Source: an uncultured bacterium (GTDB taxonomy: Bacteria; Eisenbacteria; RBG-16-71-46; CAZHEV01). From it: a DNA stretch of 64,000 nt. Below are positions 36,235-46,132 of the stretch, one piece after another. The stretch's first letter is position 1. Each line of letters starts with the position of its first letter. The DNA lies in NCBI GenBank assembly GCA_964531335.1, contig CAZHEV010000013.1, forward strand, positions 22,732 through 86,731. Reading direction: 5' to 3'. A model generated the notes under the pieces. That model searched no databases. It was not told the DNA's origin and saw only the letters and a program-made list of their open reading frames with translations. The translations under genes were made by a program, and so were the position numbers.

Positions 36235-36905
36235 TCTTGATAAAGTTGGAAGGCGTAAGCAAGAGGTACAACCACCGCGGAAGAGCCGTCACGGCGCTTG
36301 ACGAGGCGACTTTCGAGATCTCCAGAGGGGACTTCGTTTCGGTCGTCGGACCCAGCGGAAGCGGCAAGAGCACGTTTCTTCTGATACTGGGCGGCATGCT
36401 TTCCCCGTCGAAAGGGCGGGTTCTATTGGATGGGAGCTCGATTTATGACCTCGCCCAGGACGCACGCGCCAAGCTAAGGAAGACGAGAATCGGCTTCGTG
36501 TTTCAGACCTTCAATCTAGTGCCGTACCTGTCGGCGATGGAAAACGTCCAGATTCCCCTGTTCCTCGCGGGAATGGACGAGCCCGGCCAGAAGGACAGGG
36601 CCGCGGCATTGTTGGGACGAGTGGGCCTCTCGGAGAGGCTTGACCACAAGCCGTCCGAGATGAGCGTTGGCCAGCAGCAGCGCGTGGCTCTCGCAAGGGT
36701 TCTCGCCAACGACCCCGAGGTTGTGCTCGCGGACGAGCCGACGGGCAACCTCGATCCCGAGACCGGGGAGCACGTCCTCGATTTTCTCTGCGAGATCAAC
36801 GCGGAGGGGAAGACGGTCGTCATGGTGACTCATGACCCGCGCGCCGCCGGGAAAGCGAGAACCGGCCTGAGATTGAGCCAAGGCGCGCTGGTGTCCTTGA
36901 GTTAG
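36231..36905 (+). CDS. ABC transporter ATP-binding protein (MacB/LolD-like)
   Basis: GTG 36231 overlapping the upstream stop (GTGA); Walker A GPSGSGKST, signature-like MSVGQQQRVALAR, Walker B VVLADEPT. Confidence 0.85.
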   Translation: MILIKLEGVSKRYNHRGRAVTALDEATFEISRGDFVSVVGPSGSGKSTFLLILGGMLSPSKGRVLLDGSSIYDLAQDARAKLRKTRIGFVFQTFNLVPYLSAMENVQIPLFLAGMDEPGQKDRAAALLGRVGLSERLDHKPSEMSVGQQQRVALARVLANDPEVVLADEPTGNLDPETGEHVLDFLCEINAEGKTVVMVTHDPRAAGKARTGLRLSQGALVSLS

Positions 36906-36926
36906 CGGGTATGTCGCGGAGCGGAT

Positions 36927-38126
36927 ATGTCAGGGCGCAAGAAGAAGGCCGGGTCACAAGCGGGACGTGAGAGGACGAGCCCTCAGAGGGAGAAGGTGAA
37001 GCGCCGCCGAATGACGAAGTTGGCCTTTACACTCTCGACCGTCATCGTCGTAGCGGCGGCGGCATGGATCGCGTTGGGCTCCCGCGGCGAGAAGTCATGG
37101 AGCCCGTCCTCGGCCTCGGAGCTGTTGCAGTCGGCGGCCACGGCGCCGGATGATGCGGAAACAGGCGCTCGGGCCGGCGGAGCCCCGAAGATTGTCTTCT
37201 CGGAGACATCGTACGATTTCGGCACCTTAACCCAGGGGGCTGACGTATCGCACGCTTTCGTCGTGCGCAACGCCGGAGACGCGCCGTTGAAGCTGCTTGA
37301 CGTGGGGGGATCGTGAGGATGCACGGTTGCCGTCCTCACGGAGACGGACATTCCCCCGGGCGGGGAAGGAGCAATCGAGGTCACGTTCAAAACAGGCAAC
37401 AGGAAGGGAAAGCAGAAAAAGAACATCAAGATAGTGTGCAATGATCCTGCGAGCCCCAAGAACGTGCTGGTTGTCACGGCATTCATCCAGGTTGAGTTCG
37501 ATTTCGCGTCCGGCAGCCTCTATTTCGGCAGCGTGCCGAGAAACGAGACGGTGACCAAGAGCGCTTTCATACAGATCCTGGATCCTGACAGGACGGAAAT
37601 CACGGACATAACCACGTCATCCCCCTACGTTGAAGCGAAACGCCTGAAGGATCCCCCGGCGGGACACGAGGGCGAAGTTGAAATCCGGGTGACCATGTCA
37701 CCGGGACTGCCCCCGGGCAGAGTCAATGAGACGGTCACCGTTCGGTCGAACTTGAGCTCCAAGCCCGAGGCCAGGTTGCGTGTGAGCGGGGTAATACTCG
37801 GAGACGTCGAGGTTGCTCCGGACGCGCTTAGATTCTTTTACAGCGAGTCCGAGGGGGCGGAGAATCAACTACCCCCTCAGAAGCTCGAGGTTGTCAATAG
37901 GTCAACCGAGGCGCCACTGAGAATCTTGGAAGTCAAAGATCCTCAAGACAGGCTGGAACTGGAGCTTGAGGCGATCGAAGACGGTCGGAGATACGAGGTA
38001 ACGGCGACATTGAAGAAAGAGGCCCTCGGCGCTCAGGGTGTCGCTACGGGCTTTATTCTCATTACTACCGATAATCCCGAACAGCGGGAAATCACCGTTC
38101 GATATAGTATCATTAGACGGAAATAG
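36927..38126 (+). CDS. DUF1573-repeat protein interrupted by one in-frame TGA (37314-37316) at a conserved Cys position
   Basis: The 36927-37316 and 37434-38126 track ORFs are in the same frame; read-through gives ...KLLDVGGS*GCTVAVLTETDIPPGGEGAIEVTF..., matching the family SCGCT core as I recall it, with TGA where TGC/TGT (Cys) is expected. Confidence 0.6.
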
Positions 38127-38495
38127 TGGGCGCGTGTCGTCATGACTTGGCTTGGAAACTCGAGCACGGCATGGCGATGTCGCAACTTCGCGGCCTCCGG
38201 GGCGGAGGTTGCAACACATAGAGGGTAGTGTTCTGAGTTGGGAGTTTCTGCAATGTCCTTGTGCTGGTTGCCGCGCGGGTCCTGTCGCCGATTATCCCCC
38301 ACCGTCCTCGCGAAGCCTGCGGGCGGTGGGGGGCCCCCTATCGGCGCCACCCGCGCGAAAAATGTACAAGAACTTCCAACTCAGCATACTGGAAGCGACA
38401 AACACCCACAACTCGGCGGCTCCGGGTCGAAGGTTGTAGGGGGAGTACCGTTGGACGCCGAGTGAGCAATCAAGAGACGGAAGGATGTCACAAGG

Positions 38496-38936
38496 ATGCC
38501 ACTGAGAATACTGTTTCTGTGCACCGGGAATTCGTGCCGCAGCCAGATGGCCGAAGGTTGGACGCGACATCTCAAAGGCGACGTGGTGGAGCCGTACTCG
38601 GCCGGGATAGAACCTCGCGGAATCGATCCCCGCGCCGTGACGGTAATGGCGGAGGTCGGCGTGGATATTTCGAGGCAGAGCTCCAAGCACGTTGACGAAT
38701 TCAAAGGCACAGCCTTCGATTTCGTCGTGACCGTCTGCGACCATGCGAGCGAACACTGCCCGATCTTTCCTGGCGATACCCAAGTGGTGCACGTGGGTTT
38801 CGAGGATCCTCCCAAGCTGGCGGAAAACGCCGAGACCGAAGAGGAGGCGCTCGGCCACTACAGGCGCGTCAGAGACGAGATACGGGCATTTGTGCAGACG
38901 CTGCCGGCTGCCTTGGAAGGAGACGGGAGACAATGA
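38496..38936 (+). CDS. arsC: Arsenate reductase, thioredoxin-coupled LMW-PTPase type
   Basis: CX5R motif LFLCTGNSCRSQMAEG and downstream Cys pair VCDHASEHCP. Confidence 0.85.
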   Translation: MPLRILFLCTGNSCRSQMAEGWTRHLKGDVVEPYSAGIEPRGIDPRAVTVMAEVGVDISRQSSKHVDEFKGTAFDFVVTVCDHASEHCPIFPGDTQVVHVGFEDPPKLAENAETEEEALGHYRRVRDEIRAFVQTLPAALEGDGRQ

Positions 38937-39838
38937 AAGACACCGATATAGACCGCGGGAGTGACGGGAGCAGGGACGCCGATATAGACCGCGGGAGTGA
39001 CGGGAGTGAGCGGAAGGACGCGCGCGGCATCGTGCGCGAAGAATACGGCAAGATCGCCCGGCAGGGCGGCTCCTGCTGCGGGCCGTCACCTTGCTGTGGA
39101 GGCGCTTCCGCTGATTCGGTCGCCGCGAAAGTGGGCTACAGCCAAGAAGAGCTCGCCGGGCTGCCGCATGGAGCTAACATGGGGCTCTCCTGCGGGAACC
39201 CGGTCGCGATCGCGTCGCTGCGGCCGGGGGAAGTCGTGCTCGACCTGGGCGCGGGGGGCGGCTTCGACGTGTTCCTTGCAGCCCGCAAGGTGGGCCCTTC
39301 GGGACGCGCCATCGGCGTGGACATGACGCCGGACATGGTGGACAAGGCCCGCCGCAACGCGGAGTCCTTCAGAAGTGCGACGGGGCTCGACAACGTCGAG
39401 TTCCGTCTGGGCGAAATAGAGCACCTGCCCGTGGCGGACGCGTGCATAGACGTGGTAATCTCCAACTGCGTCATCAACCTCTCGCCGGACAAGCCTCAGG
39501 TGTGGGCGGAGATCGCGCGCGTCCTCAAGCCCGGTGGACGGGTATCCGTCTCCGACCTGGCGCTCCTGCGGCCGCTGCCGGACGCGGTGCGTGAGTCGGC
39601 GCAGGCCTTGGTCGGCTGCATGGCGGGGGCCGTGCCGGTGGATGAGACGCGCGAGATGACGCGGGAGGCCGGACTTACAGAGGCCGTCTTTGAAACCAAT
39701 TCCGACTACGTGGATCAGATGGCCGAGTGGTCCGACGCAACCTACCGCGAGATCGCCGCGGGGCTGCCGCCGGGGGCCCGGCCGAGCGACTTCGTGACCA
39801 GCATGAACGTCACGGCGTCCAAGCCCGTTACGGAATAG
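38933..39838 (+). CDS. arsM: Arsenite S-adenosylmethionine methyltransferase
   Basis: ATG overlaps arsC stop (ATGA); SAM-MTase motif [16 protein letters not shown], conserved Cys ([19 protein letters not shown]). Confidence 0.85.
   Translation: MKDTDIDRGSDGSRDADIDRGSDGSERKDARGIVREEYGKIARQGGSCCGPSPCCGGASADSVAAKVGYSQEELAGLPHGANMGLSCGNPVAIASLRPGEVVLDLGAGGGFDVFLAARKVGPSGRAIGVDMTPDMVDKARRNAESFRSATGLDNVEFRLGEIEHLPVADACIDVVISNCVINLSPDKPQVWAEIARVLKPGGRVSVSDLALLRPLPDAVRESAQALVGCMAGAVPVDETREMTREAGLTEAVFETNSDYVDQMAEWSDATYREIAAGLPPGARPSDFVTSMNVTASKPVTE
38943..39006. repeat. 36-bp tandem direct repeat x2 at the 5-prime end of arsM (28/28 identical core ccgatatagaccgcgggagtgacgggag)
   Basis: Direct reading; encodes [11 protein letters not shown] twice. 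Confidence 0.9.
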
Positions 39839-39848
39839 GAGTGCGACG

Positions 39849-41039
39849 ATGGCGACTGAAGCGTGCATCAAGAAGGAGGCCAAGGGCCTCAGCGCGTTTG
39901 AGAGATACCTGACGGCCTGGGTGGCGCTCTGCATCGTGGCGGGGATCGCGCTCGGCAAGGTAGCGCCGGGCGTGGCTACTTTTCTGGACGGGTTGGCGAT
40001 CTACGTCGACGAGGCCCCGGTCGTCTCCATTCCCATCGCCGTCTGCCTGTTCTTCATGATGTACCCCATCATGGTGAAGATCGACTTCGCGGAGGTCCTA
40101 AAGGCCGGCAAGAACGCGAAGCCCGTGGGCCTTACGCTCTTCGTAAACTGGGCGATCAAGCCCTTCACCATGTACGCCATCTCGGTCTTGTTCCTCGGCG
40201 TGCTGTTCCGGGGGCTGATAGGTGCGGACGCCGTGGATCTGGTAAAAATGCCGCTCGGCCTCGACCTGCCCGTGGGGGCGGAGCACGGGGTGGGCAAGGT
40301 CGTGATCGCAGACGGGGTCAGGATGCTCGAGGTGCCGCTGTGGCGCAGCTACCTCGCCGGCTGCATCCTGCTCGGCATCGCGCCCTGCACGGCGATGGTG
40401 CTCGTCTGGGGGTTCCTGGCCAAGGGGAACGACGGCCATACCCTCGTCATGGTGGCGATCAACTCGCTGACAATGCTGTTTCTCTACGGCCCGCTTGGAG
40501 GTTTTCTGCTCGGCGTCGGAAGGCTGCCCGTGCCGTGGCAGGCGCTCCTTCTTTCCATCGGCGTCTATGTCGCGCTGCCGCTCGTGGCCGGATATGCGTC
40601 CAGGAGACTCATCGTTCGCGCCAGGGGAGAGGAGTGGTTCAAGGAGAGATTCCTGCACGTGATGACGCCGGTCACCATCACGGCGCTCCTTGTGACCCTG
40701 GTCTTGCTCTTCTCCTTCAAGGGCGAGACGATCATGTCCAACCCTTTGACGATCCTGTGGATCGCCATCCCGCTTTTCATCCAGACCAACCTGATATTCT
40801 GGATCACCTACGGACTGGCCAGGGGGCTGCGTCTTGAGTACCGTGACGCCGCGCCTTCGGCGATGATCGGAGCCTCGAATCACTTCGAGGTCGCCATCGC
40901 GACGGCGACCATGCTCTTCGGGCTTTCCTCGGGGGCGGCGCTTGCAACCGTGGTCGGGGTGCTCATCGAGGTGCCCGTGATGCTGATGCTGGTCCGGATC
41001 TGCCTTCGCACCAGCGGATGGTTCCGTGCGCCCTCGTGA
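39849..41039 (+). CDS. acr3: Arsenite efflux permease, ACR3 family
   Basis: RBS TAGGAG; polytopic membrane protein; N-terminal [23 protein letters not shown] typical of Acr3. Confidence 0.85.
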   Translation: MATEACIKKEAKGLSAFERYLTAWVALCIVAGIALGKVAPGVATFLDGLAIYVDEAPVVSIPIAVCLFFMMYPIMVKIDFAEVLKAGKNAKPVGLTLFVNWAIKPFTMYAISVLFLGVLFRGLIGADAVDLVKMPLGLDLPVGAEHGVGKVVIADGVRMLEVPLWRSYLAGCILLGIAPCTAMVLVWGFLAKGNDGHTLVMVAINSLTMLFLYGPLGGFLLGVGRLPVPWQALLLSIGVYVALPLVAGYASRRLIVRARGEEWFKERFLHVMTPVTITALLVTLVLLFSFKGETIMSNPLTILWIAIPLFIQTNLIFWITYGLARGLRLEYRDAAPSAMIGASNHFEVAIATATMLFGLSSGAALATVVGVLIEVPVMLMLVRICLRTSGWFRAPS

Positions 41040-41555
41040 CCCGTACCCGGGCTAATCGCGGCAGCGCGCCCTGGTGGCCGGAAAGACCGCCGAAGAAGCC
41101 CGAGAGTGATCCGCCGAGAAAGAGATATCTGCGGTCGAATTTGAGATCCCGCACTCGGGGCAGCAGCTCGAACAGTGAGAACGCAAGCATGAGTGCTCCC
41201 ATGACCAGCTTGATAGGGGTGATGACGGCCGTTCGATCCCCCAGCTCATACCTTGCGATTTCTCCGCGATTTCTCCGAAATGGGCCACCCATCCCAGTGC
41301 GGCGGCGCCGGCGAAGGCCGCCGCGACGGCGGGGATGCCGAACCTGGTGACCAGGGACAGGTTCGCGTGCTTTCCCACCACGGCGACTTTGAAGGCGTTG
41401 TTCGCTCCGTGAACCACCGCCGTGGCCCCAACGGCGACTTCGACCGGGAAGAACAGAGCGAATACCGGCAGGAGAAGTGTCCCCAGACCGAACCCGGAGT
41501 ACAGAGTCAGTGCCGAGGCGAAAAACGCGACGGATGCGACCAGTGCCGGCTCCAT
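40963..41555 (-). pseudogene. TauE/SafE (TSUP) family sulfite-exporter-like permease, frameshifted and apparently 3-prime truncated
   Basis: N-terminal half lies in the frame of track ORF 41052-41732 (MEPALVASVAFFASALTLYSGFGLGTLLLP...), C-terminal continuation in the frame of ORF 40963-41292 (RYELGDRTAVITPIKLVMGALMLAF...). The frames are separated by an 11-bp tandem duplication; the 3-prime end overlaps acr3 convergently. Confidence 0.6.
41255..41276. repeat. Exact 11-bp tandem duplication (gcgatttctcc x2) causing the TauE frameshift
   Basis: Direct reading of 41255-41265 and 41266-41276; removing one copy restores ...WVAHFGEIARYELGDRTAVITP... in a single frame. Confidence 0.9.
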
Positions 41556-41572
41556 CTCATCCTCCCAACCGG

Positions 41573-42988
41573 TCAAGCTGCGGGCCAAATCCAGACTACG
41601 AGTACTGAAACGAACAAGATGGAGGAAACCAGGAGCCCGGAACGCGCCGCTGCGAGCGAGTCTGCGGGGATGTCGCGCATCCATCGCGATGCCCGCCACG
41701 CGAGCAGGATCGCCACTGCGAGCATCGCCCATCCGACGGTCGAGAGGCCGAGCAGTCCCGCAGGCATGGCGATTCCGTGGTCTCCGATTTGTCGGAAGGT
41801 TTCCATCCCATTCGGATCGCTAACCGCCAGAGGCAGGTAGCCGCCCCATGAAGCGACTTTGGCTGCGGCCTTTGAGACGTGCGCCGCGGCTACGACCGGA
41901 GCCGCTCCCGTCGCGGCGGCGAGCAGAAGCGTCCGAAGACCGCCGCGGTGGCCCATGAGGTAGCCCAGCAGGGAGACGGCGGCCCACACCAGAATGGGGA
42001 AAATGACAAGGAACCACAAAGCCTCGAACCATCCGAATTCAACCATCGGCAGGAGGGAGTTCAGCCGCTTCGGCACGGCGTGAAATCCGGCGTCGAGCCA
42101 CTTTACTTCTCCTATGACTTCATGCGCCACGAAGCCGAGAGCGACCAGCACGAAAGCGGCCTCGAACGGCAGGAGCAAAGACCTGCGCCGGATCGGCGAG
42201 TCGGATCGCGCAAGACCGAACCCCATGTTGTCGTAGGGACAGACCTTGGCGCATTGGAGGCAGAGCACGCAGCCGTCGGACGGTTTGCGCCGAAAGGGTG
42301 CCAATAGCGACGGGCAGCTTCGCTTGTCAAAGCGGTCGCGGTTCGCGGGACGAATACAATCCTTGGTGCCGCAGGAGTCGCAGAGGGATGGATCGCGGGC
42401 CTCAAGCTGGATCGGGGTGTAGCGGCCGTACACGGAGAGCAGCGCTCCGGCAGGGCAGAAAGCGCGGCAGAATGAGCGGTGATCGCTGAAGACCAGCCCC
42501 GCGACAAACGCCGTAGCTGCCAACAGGAGAAGAAAGATCGACGTGTAGTGCGGCATTCTATGGATGGAGAATCCCGCGACCAGAAGTTGGAGCAGGAGGT
42601 AGATGGTTACGATAATCCAGCCGGCCCGCAGGAACCTCCCCAGCCGTGGGCGCGGCCGTCCGGCTCTGCCGGCGATGGCGTTGCCGATCCGGTTGACCAT
42701 CTCCAATGGACAGACCGTGCACCAAGCCCGTCCAAAACCCAACGCAATCGCGATCATCAGCGGCCACCAAAGCCCCCAGACGACCAGAGTGGTGAGGTTC
42801 GTCTTTCGCAGGGTCAGCAGCTCATCGTCCTTCATGCCGGTACCGATGCCCAGTCCGTTTATTGCCAACAAGGCGACCGCGACCAGGGCAAGCGCTTGCA
42901 TCGTCACCGGAAACGCAGCGGACATGAGAAAGCGGCGCACAGGCTTCCATCTTAAGACGTCGAATCTCACTTGGGATTTTTCGGTCAT
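41573..42988 (-). CDS. Polytopic membrane 4Fe-4S binding protein (NapH/MauN-like polyferredoxin)
   Basis: ATG 42988; multiple TM segments plus Cys clusters (CTVCP, CRAFCPAG, CDSCGTKDC, CVLCLQCAKVCP). Confidence 0.65.
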   Translation of the reverse strand: MTEKSQVRFDVLRWKPVRRFLMSAAFPVTMQALALVAVALLAINGLGIGTGMKDDELLTLRKTNLTTLVVWGLWWPLMIAIALGFGRAWCTVCPLEMVNRIGNAIAGRAGRPRPRLGRFLRAGWIIVTIYLLLQLLVAGFSIHRMPHYTSIFLLLLAATAFVAGLVFSDHRSFCRAFCPAGALLSVYGRYTPIQLEARDPSLCDSCGTKDCIRPANRDRFDKRSCPSLLAPFRRKPSDGCVLCLQCAKVCPYDNMGFGLARSDSPIRRRSLLLPFEAAFVLVALGFVAHEVIGEVKWLDAGFHAVPKRLNSLLPMVEFGWFEALWFLVIFPILVWAAVSLLGYLMGHRGGLRTLLLAAATGAAPVVAAAHVSKAAAKVASWGGYLPLAVSDPNGMETFRQIGDHGIAMPAGLLGLSTVGWAMLAVAILLAWRASRWMRDIPADSLAAARSGLLVSSILFVSVLVVWIWPAA

Positions 42989-43241
42989 TGTCCGTACCGT
43001 CCGCCGTCTTCTCCGAGCACTATCTCGCGGTGGAGCTCCTCGATCTGTGCGCGCAGGTGGGCGAGCACTTTCCGGCCGTTCTCGGTCGGCGAATATTTCC
43101 TCCTGGCTCGCAGGCCGCTTCCGGGGTCGGTCTTGCACTTGATCCAGCCGCGATCTTCCTGACCACCAAGCTCGTCGAATCGTTCCCCGGCCTGGACTTC
43201 TCCCTTGCCGGGCCGGGCATGTCCCAGGGCTGCCGGCTTTC

Positions 43242-44387
43242 TCATGGGCGCCCTGGGCCGGCGAGGCTCTTCCACGCCTTGCTCAACAGTACCACCGCTT
43301 GGCGGACATCGTCGCTCGTCGTCGCCCGACCGAGTGAGAGGCGAACGGAGCCGAGCGCGTCCTCGGCGGTGAGGCCCATGGCAAGTAGCACCGCCGAGGG
43401 AGCCTCCCCGCCCTCGTGGCACGCCGAGCCCGTCGACGCGGCGAGCCCCGGGGCGCCGCCGAGCACGGCGCTGCCGCGCACGCCGGGAAACGTCACGTTC
43501 AGAGTGTTGGGCAGCCCCAGCGCCTCGTGGCCGTTGAGCGCGATACCCGGGATTTTTGCCCGCAATAGCAACAATAGCTCGTCCCGCAGAGCCCGGGCCC
43601 GCGCCGATTCCTTCGCCAGAGACCTGATCGCAATCTCGCATGCCGCGCCGAGCCCGACTATCGATGCCACGTTCTCGGTGCCCGGCCGCAGGCCTCGCTC
43701 GTGACCGGCGCCGCGCAGCACCGGCTCCACGGTCACCCCATCGCGGACGTACAGCGCCCCGACGCCCTTCGGGGCGTAGAGCTTGTGTCCTGCGATGGAC
43801 AGGAGGTCCACGCCGAGTTCATCCACTTGTACGTCGATCTTGCCCACTGACTGGGCCGCGTCGGTGTGCAGCAGGGATCCGGCGTCGTGAACCGCTCGCC
43901 TCACCTCGGCGATCGGCTGGAGCGTGCCGGTCTCGTTGTTGGCGTGCATCAGCGTAACGAGAACGGTCTCCTCGGTCAGTGCCCGGCGCACATCCTCCTC
44001 TCGGACACGTCCGGTCTCGTCGACCCCCAGCCAGGTGACTGCCAAGCCGCTTCGTTCGAGCAGCCTGCAGGGGTTAGCAGTCGCCGGATGCTCGACGACC
44101 GAAGTGACGATGTGCTTCCTGTCCGGGCGGGAGGCCGCCGCACCCCGGATCGCGAGGTTGTTCGCCTCGGTGCCGCCCGACGTGAACACGATCTCGGCGG
44201 GCGCGGCGCCGATGAGCGAGGCGACGCGCGCCCGCGCGGCCTCGACCGCTTCGTGCGCCCGTCGTCCGTACGCGTGACCGCTCGACGGGTTGCCGAAGTG
44301 CTCCCGCAGGTACGGCAGCATCTCGTCCACGACCTCGGGCAGGAGCGGAGTGGACGCGTTGTGATCGAGGTAGATGGGATCGCTCAT
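43242..44387 (-). CDS. Cysteine desulfurase (NifS/IscS family, PLP-dependent)
   Basis: ATG 44387 with RBS AGAGGGGGA; MSDPIYLDHNASTPLLPEVV...TSGGTEANN..., PLP-Lys context SIAGHKLYAPKG, active-site Cys region STGSACH. Confidence 0.85.
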   Translation of the reverse strand: MSDPIYLDHNASTPLLPEVVDEMLPYLREHFGNPSSGHAYGRRAHEAVEAARARVASLIGAAPAEIVFTSGGTEANNLAIRGAAASRPDRKHIVTSVVEHPATANPCRLLERSGLAVTWLGVDETGRVREEDVRRALTEETVLVTLMHANNETGTLQPIAEVRRAVHDAGSLLHTDAAQSVGKIDVQVDELGVDLLSIAGHKLYAPKGVGALYVRDGVTVEPVLRGAGHERGLRPGTENVASIVGLGAACEIAIRSLAKESARARALRDELLLLLRAKIPGIALNGHEALGLPNTLNVTFPGVRGSAVLGGAPGLAASTGSACHEGGEAPSAVLLAMGLTAEDALGSVRLSLGRATTSDDVRQAVVLLSKAWKSLAGPGRP

Positions 44388-44553
44388 GACTCCCCCTCTT
44401 GCGATGTTCTCTTGTATGCAGCGGCCGCGACGAACGCGGCGCCGGGCGTGATGGTGGCAGCCGGCATGTGATCGAGCGGCGCGGAACGGCGCCGCCCGTC
44501 GCGAGCCCGCGTGTCGCGCCGGCACGCGTACGTCCTCGGGAGCATCGCCTGCA

Positions 44554-45765
44554 TCACAGCCCGGTCGCGAGCTGCACGGTCACCACGAGGTGATCCTGCA
44601 GCGCCGCCGCGCTAGGGTCTCCTTCCCGCTGCCCTACGTAGGTGCCTTCCACACTGAGCTTGTTGGCGTGGCCCGAGAAGAAGTAGTTCAAGCCGAGGCC
44701 GCCGACATGAGTGTTGTGGTCGCTGTCATCGACGTGAATCAACTCGTAACGCGCGAAGGGCTGAAGCCGACCGGGTCCGACTTCGCCCGATATAAGGTAG
44801 CCGCCCCTGAAAGACACGACGTCGGCCTCGGTCCCGGGGGAGAGGGCCGTGAAGTTGACGGTGCCGGGAGCGCCGCGGATGTTAATGTAGGACCCAACCA
44901 GCGTCAATCCTCCTCCGCCGCCGATGGGCCGGTCGTAGTGGACGTCGGCGGTCCATGAGAAATAGTCGTCTTCGCCTGTATCGAAGGTGAGCTGCTGGGA
45001 GTCAAAGCCGCCGCCGATTGATAGGACCTGCCGTTTGCCGAGGTAGGTGCCCTGGTTGAACCAGCCGGTCTCGGGCTCCAAAAGAGACAGGCTCAAGCGC
45101 CCCGCGATGCGAGGGGCGCCGCCGGGATTGCGGGTCTCGTCGTCCACGCCGTCGGCGACCATGAGGCGATACTGCGCGAGCCCGCCCTCGATGTTTCCCC
45201 ACAGTGTGGCGCCGTCATCGCGGCCGACCGTGCTCGGGTAGAAGATCCCCCCGCGATATCCGCCCTGAATCCAGTCCAGATCGGTGGTGAGGAGCGCCTT
45301 GGTCGAGGTCGTTCCGTAGTTTCGAGTGAAGGGGATGTACATCCGCCCGACCTGGAGCTGCATCGCGCCCTCAAGGAGTTTGACGTAGACCCATCCGTCT
45401 CGAAGTGCGAGCCCGGTGCCAAGGCCCACGCCGGGTTTGTCCAGGCCCCTCTGTCCGAAACGGTCCCCGGCGATGTGGACGAAGAAACCGTACCAGGGGG
45501 TCGCCGTGCCGTTCACGGACAGGTACACTCGCCGCAGCAAGAAGTCGTGGAGATCCTGATCCGCGTCGCCGTCCGATGCGTCCTGTACGTACTGGTACCA
45601 TCCCTGCGCCCACAGACCGATGCTCAATGAGCGGTCTCCGTCGCGATATATCTCCTCTGCAAAAGCGGCGCCGGAGGCACCGAGCGCCAGTAGAACGGCC
45701 AGACCTGCCGCGACGGGCACGGTCCTCGACTTGCGGCTGCGAAATGTTTGTCTTGGTCTGCCCAT
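44554..45765 (-). CDS. Putative outer-membrane beta-barrel / porin-like protein
   Basis: ATG 45765 with RBS GGAGGA; signal peptide ...AAGLAVLLALGASGAAFA; Gly/Tyr/Thr-rich beta-like composition. Family not resolved. Confidence 0.45.
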   Translation of the reverse strand: MGRPRQTFRSRKSRTVPVAAGLAVLLALGASGAAFAEEIYRDGDRSLSIGLWAQGWYQYVQDASDGDADQDLHDFLLRRVYLSVNGTATPWYGFFVHIAGDRFGQRGLDKPGVGLGTGLALRDGWVYVKLLEGAMQLQVGRMYIPFTRNYGTTSTKALLTTDLDWIQGGYRGGIFYPSTVGRDDGATLWGNIEGGLAQYRLMVADGVDDETRNPGGAPRIAGRLSLSLLEPETGWFNQGTYLGKRQVLSIGGGFDSQQLTFDTGEDDYFSWTADVHYDRPIGGGGGLTLVGSYINIRGAPGTVNFTALSPGTEADVVSFRGGYLISGEVGPGRLQPFARYELIHVDDSDHNTHVGGLGLNYFFSGHANKLSVEGTYVGQREGDPSAAALQDHLVVTVQLATGL

Positions 45766-45778
45766 GCTCGATCCTCCG

Positions 45779-46132
45779 TCAAAACACCAGGATTCGGTCG
45801 GCCCACAGGGTCCACTCGGTAAGCTGGTCGAGGGATCCGCGTTTCGTTCCCTCGGCGAGATCGTCGAGCGCGAGGCCGCGGGCGTCCATACAATTGGCGC
45901 AGACACCGATCTCGCCCTTCTTGTTGCTGACCGCGCGCAGCATGCGCTCGAGGTTGTAATACCCGTTGGGGGTCTGCTGCCCGGCCCTGGCGCAACTTGC
46001 CGCGTCGCCCATGAGGAAGACGCGGACCTCTTCTCCCTCGCGCTTGACGAGGGAGCCCGCCAGGCGCAGGCCGTTGTAGCTCCGTTCAGTGCCGTAGGGC
46101 GCGTCGTTCAGAATAAAGAGGGTTTTGCTCAT
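45779..46132 (-). CDS. DsrE/DsrF-like sulfur-relay family protein
   Basis: 117 aa; MSKTLFILNDAPYGTERSYNGLRLAGSL...FLMGDAASCA pattern. Confidence 0.7.
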   Translation of the reverse strand: MSKTLFILNDAPYGTERSYNGLRLAGSLVKREGEEVRVFLMGDAASCARAGQQTPNGYYNLERMLRAVSNKKGEIGVCANCMDARGLALDDLAEGTKRGSLDQLTEWTLWADRILVF

